Position numbers and translations under genes: made by a program
The notes under the pieces: model-generated
The model's database searches: none
Told to the model about the DNA's origin: nothing
Seen by the model: the letters and a program-made list of their open reading frames with translations, nothing else
In this document: positions 19,514 to 27,523 of the stretch, in pieces
Position numbering within the stretch: position 1 is the first letter of the stretch
How the letters are laid out: every line of letters begins with the position of its first letter
DNA from: a virus
Lineage: Duplodnaviria > Caudoviricetes
Length of the DNA stretch: 64,000 bases
Direction: 5' to 3' (one strand)
Virus record (IMG/VR): IMGVR_UViG_3300042542_006078

Positions 19514-19983
19514 TTGTATTTGAAGAAAAAGATGATCGTTTTTACATTTCGGCATCAAAAATAGTTGGTGCTGGAAGGGGTGTATTTGCTGCCAGAGATA
19601 TTTTGGCAGGAGAATATATGCCTATTACTGGAGTTTTGGTTGAGAGAGGTTCTGAGTCTGACAGAACAACATGTTTTTTGGATCGTTACAAGTTTGCTTC
19701 TGAAATAAAGGTTGAAAACAACAAGATTGAATTGGGTAATTATTTAATTTGTCCATTGGGATATGGAGCTTTGGTGAATCACACTAACAGCAGAAGGAAG
19801 CAAAATGTTGAGATAAGGTATGTTGATGAGAGTTTGTGTGGAAGCAAGGCTGTTTATTGGTTTATAAGGGATGTTTTCAGGTTTGAGGAGATATTGGGCA
19901 ATTATGGTCCTTGTGGACATAGCCTTGAGAATACCAAAAACAATCCAGTTAAGTTGTTTAGGCCATTTTTGAAAAAAAAATAG
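19510..19983 (+). CDS. SET-domain protein
   Basis: SKIVGAGRGVFAARDI, LVNH, EEILGNYG. Confidence 0.8.
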   Translation: MIVFEEKDDRFYISASKIVGAGRGVFAARDILAGEYMPITGVLVERGSESDRTTCFLDRYKFASEIKVENNKIELGNYLICPLGYGALVNHTNSRRKQNVEIRYVDESLCGSKAVYWFIRDVFRFEEILGNYGPCGHSLENTKNNPVKLFRPFLKKK

Positions 19984-20132
19984 TTAGAATTTATATCTTG
20001 AGAATTTTTGTACTGTTTCGTAACCATGTTGGCCTTGGATAATTGCTCCTAGTTGTGGATGAGCGCCTTGTAGCCATCTGATGCCAAATTCTCTTTCTTG
20101 GCATTGGTGAACGATATGTTCGTCTAGGATTT

Positions 20133-20804
20133 TTATTGAACTATATTTTTCAATCTTTGTTTGAGCTTTCCCATCCCGACTTCCGTCAATACCATAAATC
20201 CTAATCCTCTCTGCTGGCAATACTGGTTGCATGCTGTCCATTTCGCATTATTCCTTGGCAATGTTGTTTGGTTTGCCGGTTTGATTTCCCAAATTTCGAT
20301 TCTTCCGTCATCGAATGCAACCTTTAGATCAGGGTTGTATTCATGAATGTTTCCTTCAAATGTATATTGGACCTTAAGTGGTTCTACTTCGTATCCAATA
20401 ACTTCTGGCATTGCTTCCAAGCATTCGTAGACATCGCATTCCATTCCTGATCGATAGTGCATTTCCTTGCCTCCGTTTTTGTTGGATATCATGTATCCTT
20501 CACGGAACTTGGGCTTGCGTTTTTTCAGACCTCCGCCCTTGGCTGACTGGTCTTTCCATATAATAGCCTTCATCTGTCCGATTTTCGGCGTAATTTTTTC
20601 ATGCGGATGCTTTGTTTTGTAGTGTGTTCGTACACAACGAACGGGAGCGCCACAACGAGCAAGAGGACATAGAACATAATCTCTGCCTTCTTCGTGAGAT
20701 TCGATAATATGATTTTTATAGTTTTCAAAATCATCATGCCCCACCCCGCACACAAAGCATGTGTAGATTCTTTTCCCGTTATCTTTTGGAAATGGAAGTG
20801 TCAT
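20133..20804 (-). CDS. Zinc-finger plus TnsA_N/T4 gp4-like endonuclease
   Basis: CFVC..HIIESH and CPLARC..HYKTKH fingers; YRSGME, YNPDL, EIWEIKP, KWTAC..YC..GFMVLTE. Confidence 0.75.
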   Translation of the reverse strand: MTLPFPKDNGKRIYTCFVCGVGHDDFENYKNHIIESHEEGRDYVLCPLARCGAPVRCVRTHYKTKHPHEKITPKIGQMKAIIWKDQSAKGGGLKKRKPKFREGYMISNKNGGKEMHYRSGMECDVYECLEAMPEVIGYEVEPLKVQYTFEGNIHEYNPDLKVAFDDGRIEIWEIKPANQTTLPRNNAKWTACNQYCQQRGLGFMVLTEVGMGKLKQRLKNIVQ

Positions 20805-21202
20805 TTTTTCTTTGATTTCTTTTTGGCAAATTTCATGATGTTATCGATTGCATCTTCCCTGCTGCAAACATTGATTTTTGGTAAATCTCTGATGCTGAAT
20901 ACTGATTCTGTTGAGTTTTCAGGATCATCATTGATTATTTTGGCTAAATTAATTGCTGGGAATCTTGCTTCTTGTCTGAATCCGGGCATCATTGGATCAT
21001 CTTCTGTGTCTGTTTTGAGTTTTGCAAAGATGACTCTGCTATCTTCGGGCGCACCAAAGTAGTCATCTCCTTTTTTGAAGAATAGAATTAGTTCATGTTT
21101 ATCAAAGATATTGTTGATTGAGTCAATATTTTCCTTGATTTTAAGTTGGTTATCCCAACGATCAAGCAAATCACGAAAAGATGAAAAACAGGGAGATTGC
21201 AT
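20801..21202 (-). CDS. Hypothetical protein
   Basis: 133 aa, SD GGAG. Confidence 0.65.
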   Translation of the reverse strand: MQSPCFSSFRDLLDRWDNQLKIKENIDSINNIFDKHELILFFKKGDDYFGAPEDSRVIFAKLKTDTEDDPMMPGFRQEARFPAINLAKIINDDPENSTESVFSIRDLPKINVCSREDAIDNIMKFAKKKSKKK

Positions 21203-21243
21203 TTTTTATTCTCCATATATCATTACAAAACATATATAGGTTT

Positions 21244-21672
21244 ATGGAACACAGTTTAAGTGGATTTAGAAAATTCTTGGAGGAAACAGATTCTCCAGAG
21301 AAAGGCAAGAAGCAAGACTATTGGGATAGTCTTGAGGACGAAGAGGGTATTTCTTTTCCAATGTTGAAGAAATCTTTTACTGTTGAGCCATGGGTTTCTT
21401 CTCATTTTGCTCTTGGCCCACAGGGGAAAGAAACATGGCATAAGTTACAGCCTTGGAAAATTGTTAAGGGATCAATGAGTCCTGCTGGCGCTGACATCAG
21501 GATGGTTAACACAGGTACTGAAAAAACATATCTTCAAGGAAATAGGCCTGATAAAGGTCCAAAAATTAGAAAAAGATATTTTATGAAAAGGCCAGACTTG
21601 CAGAATTTTCAGACAGGTGGATGGCAACCTGCAATTCAAGGTGGAGGCGGTGGCGGTGGCCCACCTATGTGA
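21244..21672 (+). CDS. Candidate virion internal protein (capsid-targeting N-terminus)
   Basis: MEHSLSGFRKFLEE; TATATA 5 nt before ATG. Confidence 0.6.
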   Translation: MEHSLSGFRKFLEETDSPEKGKKQDYWDSLEDEEGISFPMLKKSFTVEPWVSSHFALGPQGKETWHKLQPWKIVKGSMSPAGADIRMVNTGTEKTYLQGNRPDKGPKIRKRYFMKRPDLQNFQTGGWQPAIQGGGGGGGPPM

Positions 21673-21848
21673 TGATGAAAAATTTATCTTTCAGAGAATG
21701 GCTTAAACTTACAGAAGTTGGAACAAGTACAGCTAGTGTGGCAACATTTGCGATGCCTTTATTTGGAGGTCCATTCGCAAGACAATATCCAGAAATAATT
21801 GGCGGCAGAGAAGTTAAGCGCAAAAAGAAAAGCAAAAAACACTTATGA
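21672..21848 (+). CDS. Small candidate virion internal protein
   Basis: MMKNLSFREWLKLTE; coupled to previous stop. Confidence 0.55.
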   Translation: MMKNLSFREWLKLTEVGTSTASVATFAMPLFGGPFARQYPEIIGGREVKRKKKSKKHL

Positions 21849-21938
21849 CTTTTGGTGACAAAACAATTAATTAAGAAGCCTTTTAAGCATACATACTATG
21901 GCTGGATGGAATTCAGCTAGTTCCTATCAAGGAGGTAT

Positions 21939-22277
21939 ATGGAATGGTGGTTTTTGCTTTTAGCAGGCATGGTTTATTTTTCTTATGCATATATTGCTTT
22001 TAGTGAACATTTCAATAAAAATAGTTACACTTATTTTTCACTTTGCATGTTAATAGGTGTTTTCTATAATCTTCTTTGGTATTGGTCAACAAGAATAACA
22101 AAAGATAAGGAAGACTTTTTTGTTTTGGTACTAATGTGGGATGTTGTCTATATGGCAGTATTCTACTTTGTACCTGTTTTTTTATTTGATGTTAAGGTGG
22201 ATAAGTGGGGAATCATAGGAATGATTACTATGGTTATTGGCATTCTTATCATGAAAATTGGTCATCATTCTGGTTGA
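21939..22277 (+). CDS. Small 4-TM membrane protein (SMR/DMT-like)
   Basis: Four hydrophobic segments, C-terminal WGIIGMITMVIGILIMK; SD AAGGAGG. Confidence 0.65.
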   Translation: MEWWFLLLAGMVYFSYAYIAFSEHFNKNSYTYFSLCMLIGVFYNLLWYWSTRITKDKEDFFVLVLMWDVVYMAVFYFVPVFLFDVKVDKWGIIGMITMVIGILIMKIGHHSG

Positions 22278-22286
22278 TTTTTTGCA

Positions 22287-22316
22287 TTGAATTTTGATTG
22301 TTTGGTGTGTTATAAT
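22287..22316 (+). promoter_or_regulatory. Sigma70 extended -10 promoter of thyX
   Basis: TTGAAT, 18 nt, TGn-TATAAT. Confidence 0.6.
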
Positions 22317-22358
22317 CACTTGGATTGTGGAACAAAATAATCGCAAGGTGATGAGATC

Positions 22359-23288
22359 ATGCCCGATATTATGGATTCTATAAGCCAGAAATCAATTAAT
22401 TGCCTTGACAAAGGGCATGTCACCTTAGTGGATGTCATGCCTAGAGTCGTTCCTGAAGGAAAGACGGCAGATTATGCCATTGTTCAGGCTGCTAGAGTGA
22501 GTTATGGAGATGGCACTAAAACTGTCAACGAAGATCGTGGTCTGATTCGTTACCTTCTCAGGCATTCTCACACGACTCCTTTAGAGATGATTGAATTTAA
22601 GTTTCATGTAAAGATGCCTATTTTCGTTTGTCGTCAATGGGCAAGGCATCGCATGAGTTCAACGAATGAAATTTCAGCTAGGTATTCAATTCTGAAGGAT
22701 GATTTTTATTTTCCTGCAAGTGGCGATTTGAGAAAACAATCTTCAATAAACAAGCAGGGAGGAGATGGCAGCATTGATGAATCAAGTGCTTCTTCTTCCT
22801 ATTGTATTAAAAAGATAGTTGATGATGCAAACAATAATTATAATTTTTACGAATATATGATTAAATCTGGGGTTGCGAGAGAGCAAGCCAGAATGGTTTT
22901 GCCTCTTAATATTTACACAGAGTTTTATTGGAAGATTGATCTTCACAACTTGTTTCATTTTTTGGCATTGAGAGCAGACAGTCATGCTCAAAAAGAGATT
23001 AGGGTTTACGCTGATGCTATTCTTGTTTTATTGAGGCAGATTGTGCCTATTGCCGTTGAGGCTTGGGAAGATTACCACCACATGCGTGGTGCAATTAAGC
23101 TAACTAGATTAGAAGTCGAGTCTTTGAGAGATTATATTCAGCAATTCCAATCTTTTGCTAAAGCTGAATTCAAGCAGGTCAATAGTGAAAACAAGCGTGA
23201 GCAAGCTGAATGGCTTGATAAGGCTTCTATTTTAGGCATTAATTTACCTTTACCGACACAGCAGGGGCCTGAGGGTCAATCATCTTGA
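22359..23288 (+). CDS. thyX: Flavin-dependent thymidylate synthase
   Basis: AARVSY, RHSHTTPLE, RQWARHR, NEISARY, NLFHFLALRADSHAQKEIR. Confidence 0.95.
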   Translation: MPDIMDSISQKSINCLDKGHVTLVDVMPRVVPEGKTADYAIVQAARVSYGDGTKTVNEDRGLIRYLLRHSHTTPLEMIEFKFHVKMPIFVCRQWARHRMSSTNEISARYSILKDDFYFPASGDLRKQSSINKQGGDGSIDESSASSSYCIKKIVDDANNNYNFYEYMIKSGVAREQARMVLPLNIYTEFYWKIDLHNLFHFLALRADSHAQKEIRVYADAILVLLRQIVPIAVEAWEDYHHMRGAIKLTRLEVESLRDYIQQFQSFAKAEFKQVNSENKREQAEWLDKASILGINLPLPTQQGPEGQSS

Positions 23289-23364
23289 ATCCTAAGCCGT
23301 TTATAATTTGAAAAGACAAAAGAATGAAAGTAATCATGTTTCCTCCTAAAGGTCACTATATCTC

Positions 23365-24759
23365 ATGGAAAATATTTTGCAATTCTTAGAAAGAGACAAA
23401 AATGGCCCAAGATTGAAAATTGCAGTCTTGGGTGATTCTATGATTGATGAATATTTTGATGTGCAAGTTAAGAGGATATCGCCGGAATATCCGATACCAA
23501 TACTTCAATCAGAGTGCAATGATCCACAAGTTGTTCCCGGTGGAGCAGCTAATGTTGCATGTCAGTTTGGCAATTTTAACGCAGATGTCAGCCTTGTTTC
23601 CTTGATTGATCAGGAAGCGGTTAAGATTTTTGCAAAATCAGGAATAGAAATCAACTCTGCTTCTCAGATCGTACAAAATAAAATTCCACGCAAGAAAAGG
23701 TTTTTCTCAGACAATTTTCAGGTATCCAGAATTGATTTTGAAAAACAGAATTATGGGTTGACTGATGATAATCTTCAAAATGCCGTAAAGAATTTGTTAT
23801 CTTATTTCGGGCAGCAGCACTATCAGGCTGTTATTTTTTCTGATTACGGTAAGGGTATTTTTAATTATTTTGACAATTCAATCTTGAAGAAATTTCCAAT
23901 CACAATTGTTGATCCTAAGAATGGCGATATTGCAAAGTGGCGTGGATGTACGGTATTCAAGCCAAATCGTGAAGAGGCTCTGCGTTTGAGTGGCAAAAAG
24001 ACAGTTTTTGATGCTGGAATTTACTTGTCTGAATTTCTTGGTTCATCTGTTGTTATAACAGAAGCTTCTAAAGGTGTAAGCGTATTTGAGAATGGTGTTT
24101 TTCGTGAAATAAGACCAGATATAAGTCCAGCAGTTGCTGAGTCGGTCATAGGAGCGGGAGACTGTTTTGTTGCATTCTTGACTATGTTCCTTCTAAGAGG
24201 TTTTAGTCTTATTGATTCCTCAGAAATGGCATTTAAGGCTGGAACATTGTATGTTTTGAACAAAAAGAACAAACCTATAACTAAGCATGATCTTTTATTT
24301 TCAATTGATCATGTTGGTTCAAAAATAATTTCTTTTGATGATTGTGGCTTTTTGTGTGACAGAAAGTTCAAACTTGTTTTCACGAATGGATGTTTTGACA
24401 TTTTGCACAGGGGCCATATTGAATCATTTAAGTTTGCCAAAAGTCAGGGAGATAAACTTGTTGTTGGTGTTAATTCAGATGCAAGTGTTGGCAAGTTAAA
24501 GGATGGAAGGCCCATCAATTCGATTAATGATCGAATTTCGCTCTTAGCTTCTTGTGAGTATGTCGATTATGTCATTGTTTTTGATGATGATACACCTTTG
24601 GAACTTATCAAGAAAATAAGTCCCGATGTTTTGGTTAAGGGAGAGGATTACAGGGAAGAAGATATTATCGGACATGGAATAGTGCCGGAAATTAAAAGAT
24701 GCCCTCTAGTTGAGGGCATCAGCACAACAAAAATCATCGAGAAAATCAAGAAAATTTAG
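23365..24759 (+). CDS. hldE: Bifunctional ADP-heptose synthase (kinase plus adenylyltransferase)
   Basis: LGDSMIDEY, PGGAANVA, DYGKG, VIGAGDCF, FTNGCFDILHRGH. Confidence 0.92.
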   Translation: MENILQFLERDKNGPRLKIAVLGDSMIDEYFDVQVKRISPEYPIPILQSECNDPQVVPGGAANVACQFGNFNADVSLVSLIDQEAVKIFAKSGIEINSASQIVQNKIPRKKRFFSDNFQVSRIDFEKQNYGLTDDNLQNAVKNLLSYFGQQHYQAVIFSDYGKGIFNYFDNSILKKFPITIVDPKNGDIAKWRGCTVFKPNREEALRLSGKKTVFDAGIYLSEFLGSSVVITEASKGVSVFENGVFREIRPDISPAVAESVIGAGDCFVAFLTMFLLRGFSLIDSSEMAFKAGTLYVLNKKNKPITKHDLLFSIDHVGSKIISFDDCGFLCDRKFKLVFTNGCFDILHRGHIESFKFAKSQGDKLVVGVNSDASVGKLKDGRPINSINDRISLLASCEYVDYVIVFDDDTPLELIKKISPDVLVKGEDYREEDIIGHGIVPEIKRCPLVEGISTTKIIEKIKKI

Positions 24760-24998
24760 CAAGAACACTTGGTCTTGCCGCATTCCTTGCAGCACTTGCA
24801 ATCTTTGCAGCATTCGCCTTTAAGTGTGCAAGAATTGTTGTCGCAGCATTTGCACACGCATTTGCATGGCACATGACAATCGCAAGTTCCTTTGCAGCAT
24901 TCGCAAGAACAGCATTTCTTACTCATGCCGCATCCGACAAAGAATCCAATGATGATAACAGCTATGATGCCCAGAATGTTTTCATAAAAGTTGTTCAT
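24756..24998 (-). CDS. Membrane-anchored metallothionein-like Cys-rich protein
   Basis: Start refined by SD AGAAGGAG; TM helix then 22 Cys in about 58 aa. Confidence 0.65.
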   Translation of the reverse strand: MNNFYENILGIIAVIIIGFFVGCGMSKKCCSCECCKGTCDCHVPCKCVCKCCDNNSCTLKGECCKDCKCCKECGKTKCSC

Positions 24999-25041
24999 GT
25001 TTGTTTCTCCTTCTAAAATATATAGTTGAGAACAAACAAAC

Positions 25042-25332
25042 ATGCCAAGAAGAAAAAACAATATAGACAAAAAAGCAAAAAAGAAGGGAAAAGGCAAATG
25101 TAGATTTTGTCCTTGTGACACTTATGAATTGTTGGATTTGCATAGGATAACTGAGGGAAATGAGGGAGGAATCTATTCCGACCAGAATACAGTTGTGGTT
25201 TGTGCGAACTGTCACAGGAAGATTCATGCCGGAATAATCAAAATAGACAGACAATATTCAACCATGTCAGGAAGATGGTGTTTGCATTATTGGATTGATG
25301 ATGAGGAATATTGGTCAGTAGATGATAGATAA
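25042..25332 (+). CDS. HNH endonuclease
   Basis: CRFC...LDLHRI...NTVVVCANCHRKIH. Confidence 0.85.
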   Translation: MPRRKNNIDKKAKKKGKGKCRFCPCDTYELLDLHRITEGNEGGIYSDQNTVVVCANCHRKIHAGIIKIDRQYSTMSGRWCLHYWIDDEEYWSVDDR

Positions 25333-25335
25333 TTC

Positions 25336-25515
25336 ATGCTTACATTTCAAAGTTTTTTAGAGAATAAGCTGAGAAAAGGTACATTTGACTTTGGAACAGT
25401 CCGTAGTCCTGCGAGGTTGATTGCCAAGGGGACAGCAAAACCGGCAAAACCAGTAAGACCAAATTTTTCATTCAAGGCTAGAGATGAAATTCAGGCATTT
25501 TTTAGAAACAAATGA
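25336..25515 (+). CDS. 59-aa candidate virion internal protein (below ORF-track cutoff)
   Basis: Translated by hand: MLTFQSFLENKLRKGTFDFG...; TAGATA 4 nt before ATG. Confidence 0.5.
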   Translation: MLTFQSFLENKLRKGTFDFGTVRSPARLIAKGTAKPAKPVRPNFSFKARDEIQAFFRNK

Positions 25516-25732
25516 AAATATTCAAAATCTTGCTGACAGGGGCGGAGTTGATATTAAAGGATTGAAAACCAATCAGCTTTCCGTTGGTTTGAGGGTAGAG
25601 AAAGAACACAAGGGAAAAATGGGAAGAGATACAGAAGTTGCCAAAAATGATGTTGATGTTCTTAAAATTGCTGTTGCTCATTTGAGGGAAGGCCCATATT
25701 ATTATTTCAAGCTAATTAAAGCAGGTCTTTAA
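25484..25732 (+). CDS. Candidate virion internal protein
   Basis: MKFRHFLE N-terminus. Confidence 0.6.
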   Translation: MKFRHFLETNENIQNLADRGGVDIKGLKTNQLSVGLRVEKEHKGKMGRDTEVAKNDVDVLKIAVAHLREGPYYYFKLIKAGL

Positions 25733-25754
25733 TTTAACTCTAGGAGTTTGAAAT

Positions 25755-26159
25755 ATGCGTAGTTTTAATGAATTTATGGAATCCAAGATTTTCAATGAAA
25801 ATGACTTGGATCATTATGCTCAAGTAAGTGATGAGGCTTTGGACAATGCTTATCATTATGGCCGTTCAAAGCCCGGAACATTTGGATATGAGGCCAATAA
25901 GGGTAGCGCCAAGTTCGCTCTTAATTTGATGCAAAATGGCGAAACAGACATTGAGAAAATTTCTGATGCTATTCATAAAGGCTGGGCCAGTGTGGCGACC
26001 ACATATGATGATCCCATTTATGCGACCAAGCCTGAGAAGAAGGAAAACAGGATGAAGTTGGCAAATACTTCTTACTCTGACTTGTCAGAAGACGAGAAAG
26101 AAAAGGACAGAGTTGTTGCCAGATCTTTGCTACAAGCATACCAGCAAAATAATACTTAA
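25755..26159 (+). CDS. Candidate virion internal protein
   Basis: MRSFNEFME N-terminus, SD GGAG. Confidence 0.65.
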   Translation: MRSFNEFMESKIFNENDLDHYAQVSDEALDNAYHYGRSKPGTFGYEANKGSAKFALNLMQNGETDIEKISDAIHKGWASVATTYDDPIYATKPEKKENRMKLANTSYSDLSEDEKEKDRVVARSLLQAYQQNNT

Positions 26160-26181
26160 AAAAATCATACTACCTTAGTTT

Positions 26182-26772
26182 ATGATTTCTTCACTTGGCA
26201 ATGGTTTGACGATTGCCATTAATTGTGATTATTTGCCACATCATGACTGGATGTCTTTTTTGACATATTGGTCAATAGCCAAGACTTTGCCGGATTGCAA
26301 GGTCTTGGCTACATGTGTTAGGCAAAAAATGAATATGGATATTTTTAATTGGCCAAGAAAATGCAATGTACAATTCGCATATCACAAGCCAATGGTTGAT
26401 GAAGAGTTGTATAATTTTATAATGACAAGTCCGAAATTTGAAAAGACAAAGTCTTTATTGTTTGTCAAACCCGAAATTATTTTCATAAGGGATTTTGAGG
26501 AAGCAAATTTTCCAGTTGAAAAAATTCATGATTTTAAGGGTATTTCTGAGATCGATGGTTTGGTAAGTGATTCAAAATCTGAAAATTCTACCGTTTGCTG
26601 TGATTATTCAAATGGTTGGGGTAAGTTTGTGACTTCCAAGTGGATAAATAAAACAAGCATACCTTTTTCAAGAATTGATTTTTCTTGCATGGGAATGACT
26701 GTGAATGAAAACAGAATTGCAGGGATTTGGAAATCAGCATCAAAGATATACCCAAGTTTATCAAGGGGATAA
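26182..26772 (+). CDS. Hypothetical protein
   Basis: 196-aa ORF. Confidence 0.65.
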   Translation: MISSLGNGLTIAINCDYLPHHDWMSFLTYWSIAKTLPDCKVLATCVRQKMNMDIFNWPRKCNVQFAYHKPMVDEELYNFIMTSPKFEKTKSLLFVKPEIIFIRDFEEANFPVEKIHDFKGISEIDGLVSDSKSENSTVCCDYSNGWGKFVTSKWINKTSIPFSRIDFSCMGMTVNENRIAGIWKSASKIYPSLSRG

Positions 26773-26773
26773 A

Positions 26774-27058
26774 ATGAGAAATTTTAACTACGACGAAAAT
26801 GAAGATTTTCGTGAAGATATCGACAAGTTTTTTGAGCAAGACGGAGAGTCTGGAGACAATTATGACGATTTCTTGAAAGAAGAATTTGCAATTCAAGAGG
26901 CAAAAATTGCTCTTCAGAGCAGGGATATTAATCTTCGTTTGATGAGGACGGCTGTAAGAGTTTGTGAAAAAACTTTTCTTTGGTCTTTTTATTCAATCGT
27001 TACTCGTATGAAAATGATTTCCGAAACATATAAAAAACTTAAGAAACTAGAGGATTGA
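26774..27058 (+). CDS. Hypothetical protein
   Basis: Start refined to MRNFNY. Confidence 0.6.
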   Translation: MRNFNYDENEDFREDIDKFFEQDGESGDNYDDFLKEEFAIQEAKIALQSRDINLRLMRTAVRVCEKTFLWSFYSIVTRMKMISETYKKLKKLED

Positions 27059-27059
27059 T

Positions 27060-27395
27060 ATGCCTTTTTATGAATTTTCCTGCAAGAAATGTAATCACCG
27101 TTATGAGGAGCTTACTTCTCACGATCCTTCGGGCAAATACAAGGATGTAACATGCCCGAATTGCAAAAGCAAATCAAAGAAGAAGCTTATGTCTGCTTGC
27201 AAGTACCAATTTGCAAATCCAGAAGGAACAGACCGCTGGAATAGCGAAAGCAGCGGACATGATTATAGATTCAACCATAATTTACCAAAAGTAATTACAG
27301 AAAGACAAAGAGCAGAAGAAGCAGGAAAAAATCCCGATCCATATAATAAGATAAATGACTTAGAAAGTGACAATTCATGGGGCGAAGTTAAGTAA
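27060..27395 (+). CDS. FmdB-family zinc-ribbon protein
   Basis: MPFYEFSCKKC...CPNCKS. Confidence 0.8.
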   Translation: MPFYEFSCKKCNHRYEELTSHDPSGKYKDVTCPNCKSKSKKKLMSACKYQFANPEGTDRWNSESSGHDYRFNHNLPKVITERQRAEEAGKNPDPYNKINDLESDNSWGEVK

Positions 27396-27411
27396 AAAAT
27401 AATTAATTCAA

Positions 27412-27447
27412 AAAAAATTCCTCGGTTTTTACAACCGGGGTTTTTTT
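27412..27447 (+). terminator. Intrinsic terminator
   Basis: CCTCGGTT-TTTAC-AACCGGGG followed by T7. Confidence 0.7.
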
Positions 27448-27523
27448 ATGTCAAATTCTGGCTTATAATGTAATCGGGTAAGTCTGTGTCATATGCAAAC
27501 ATCCGTAGGCCGGAGGCAATATA

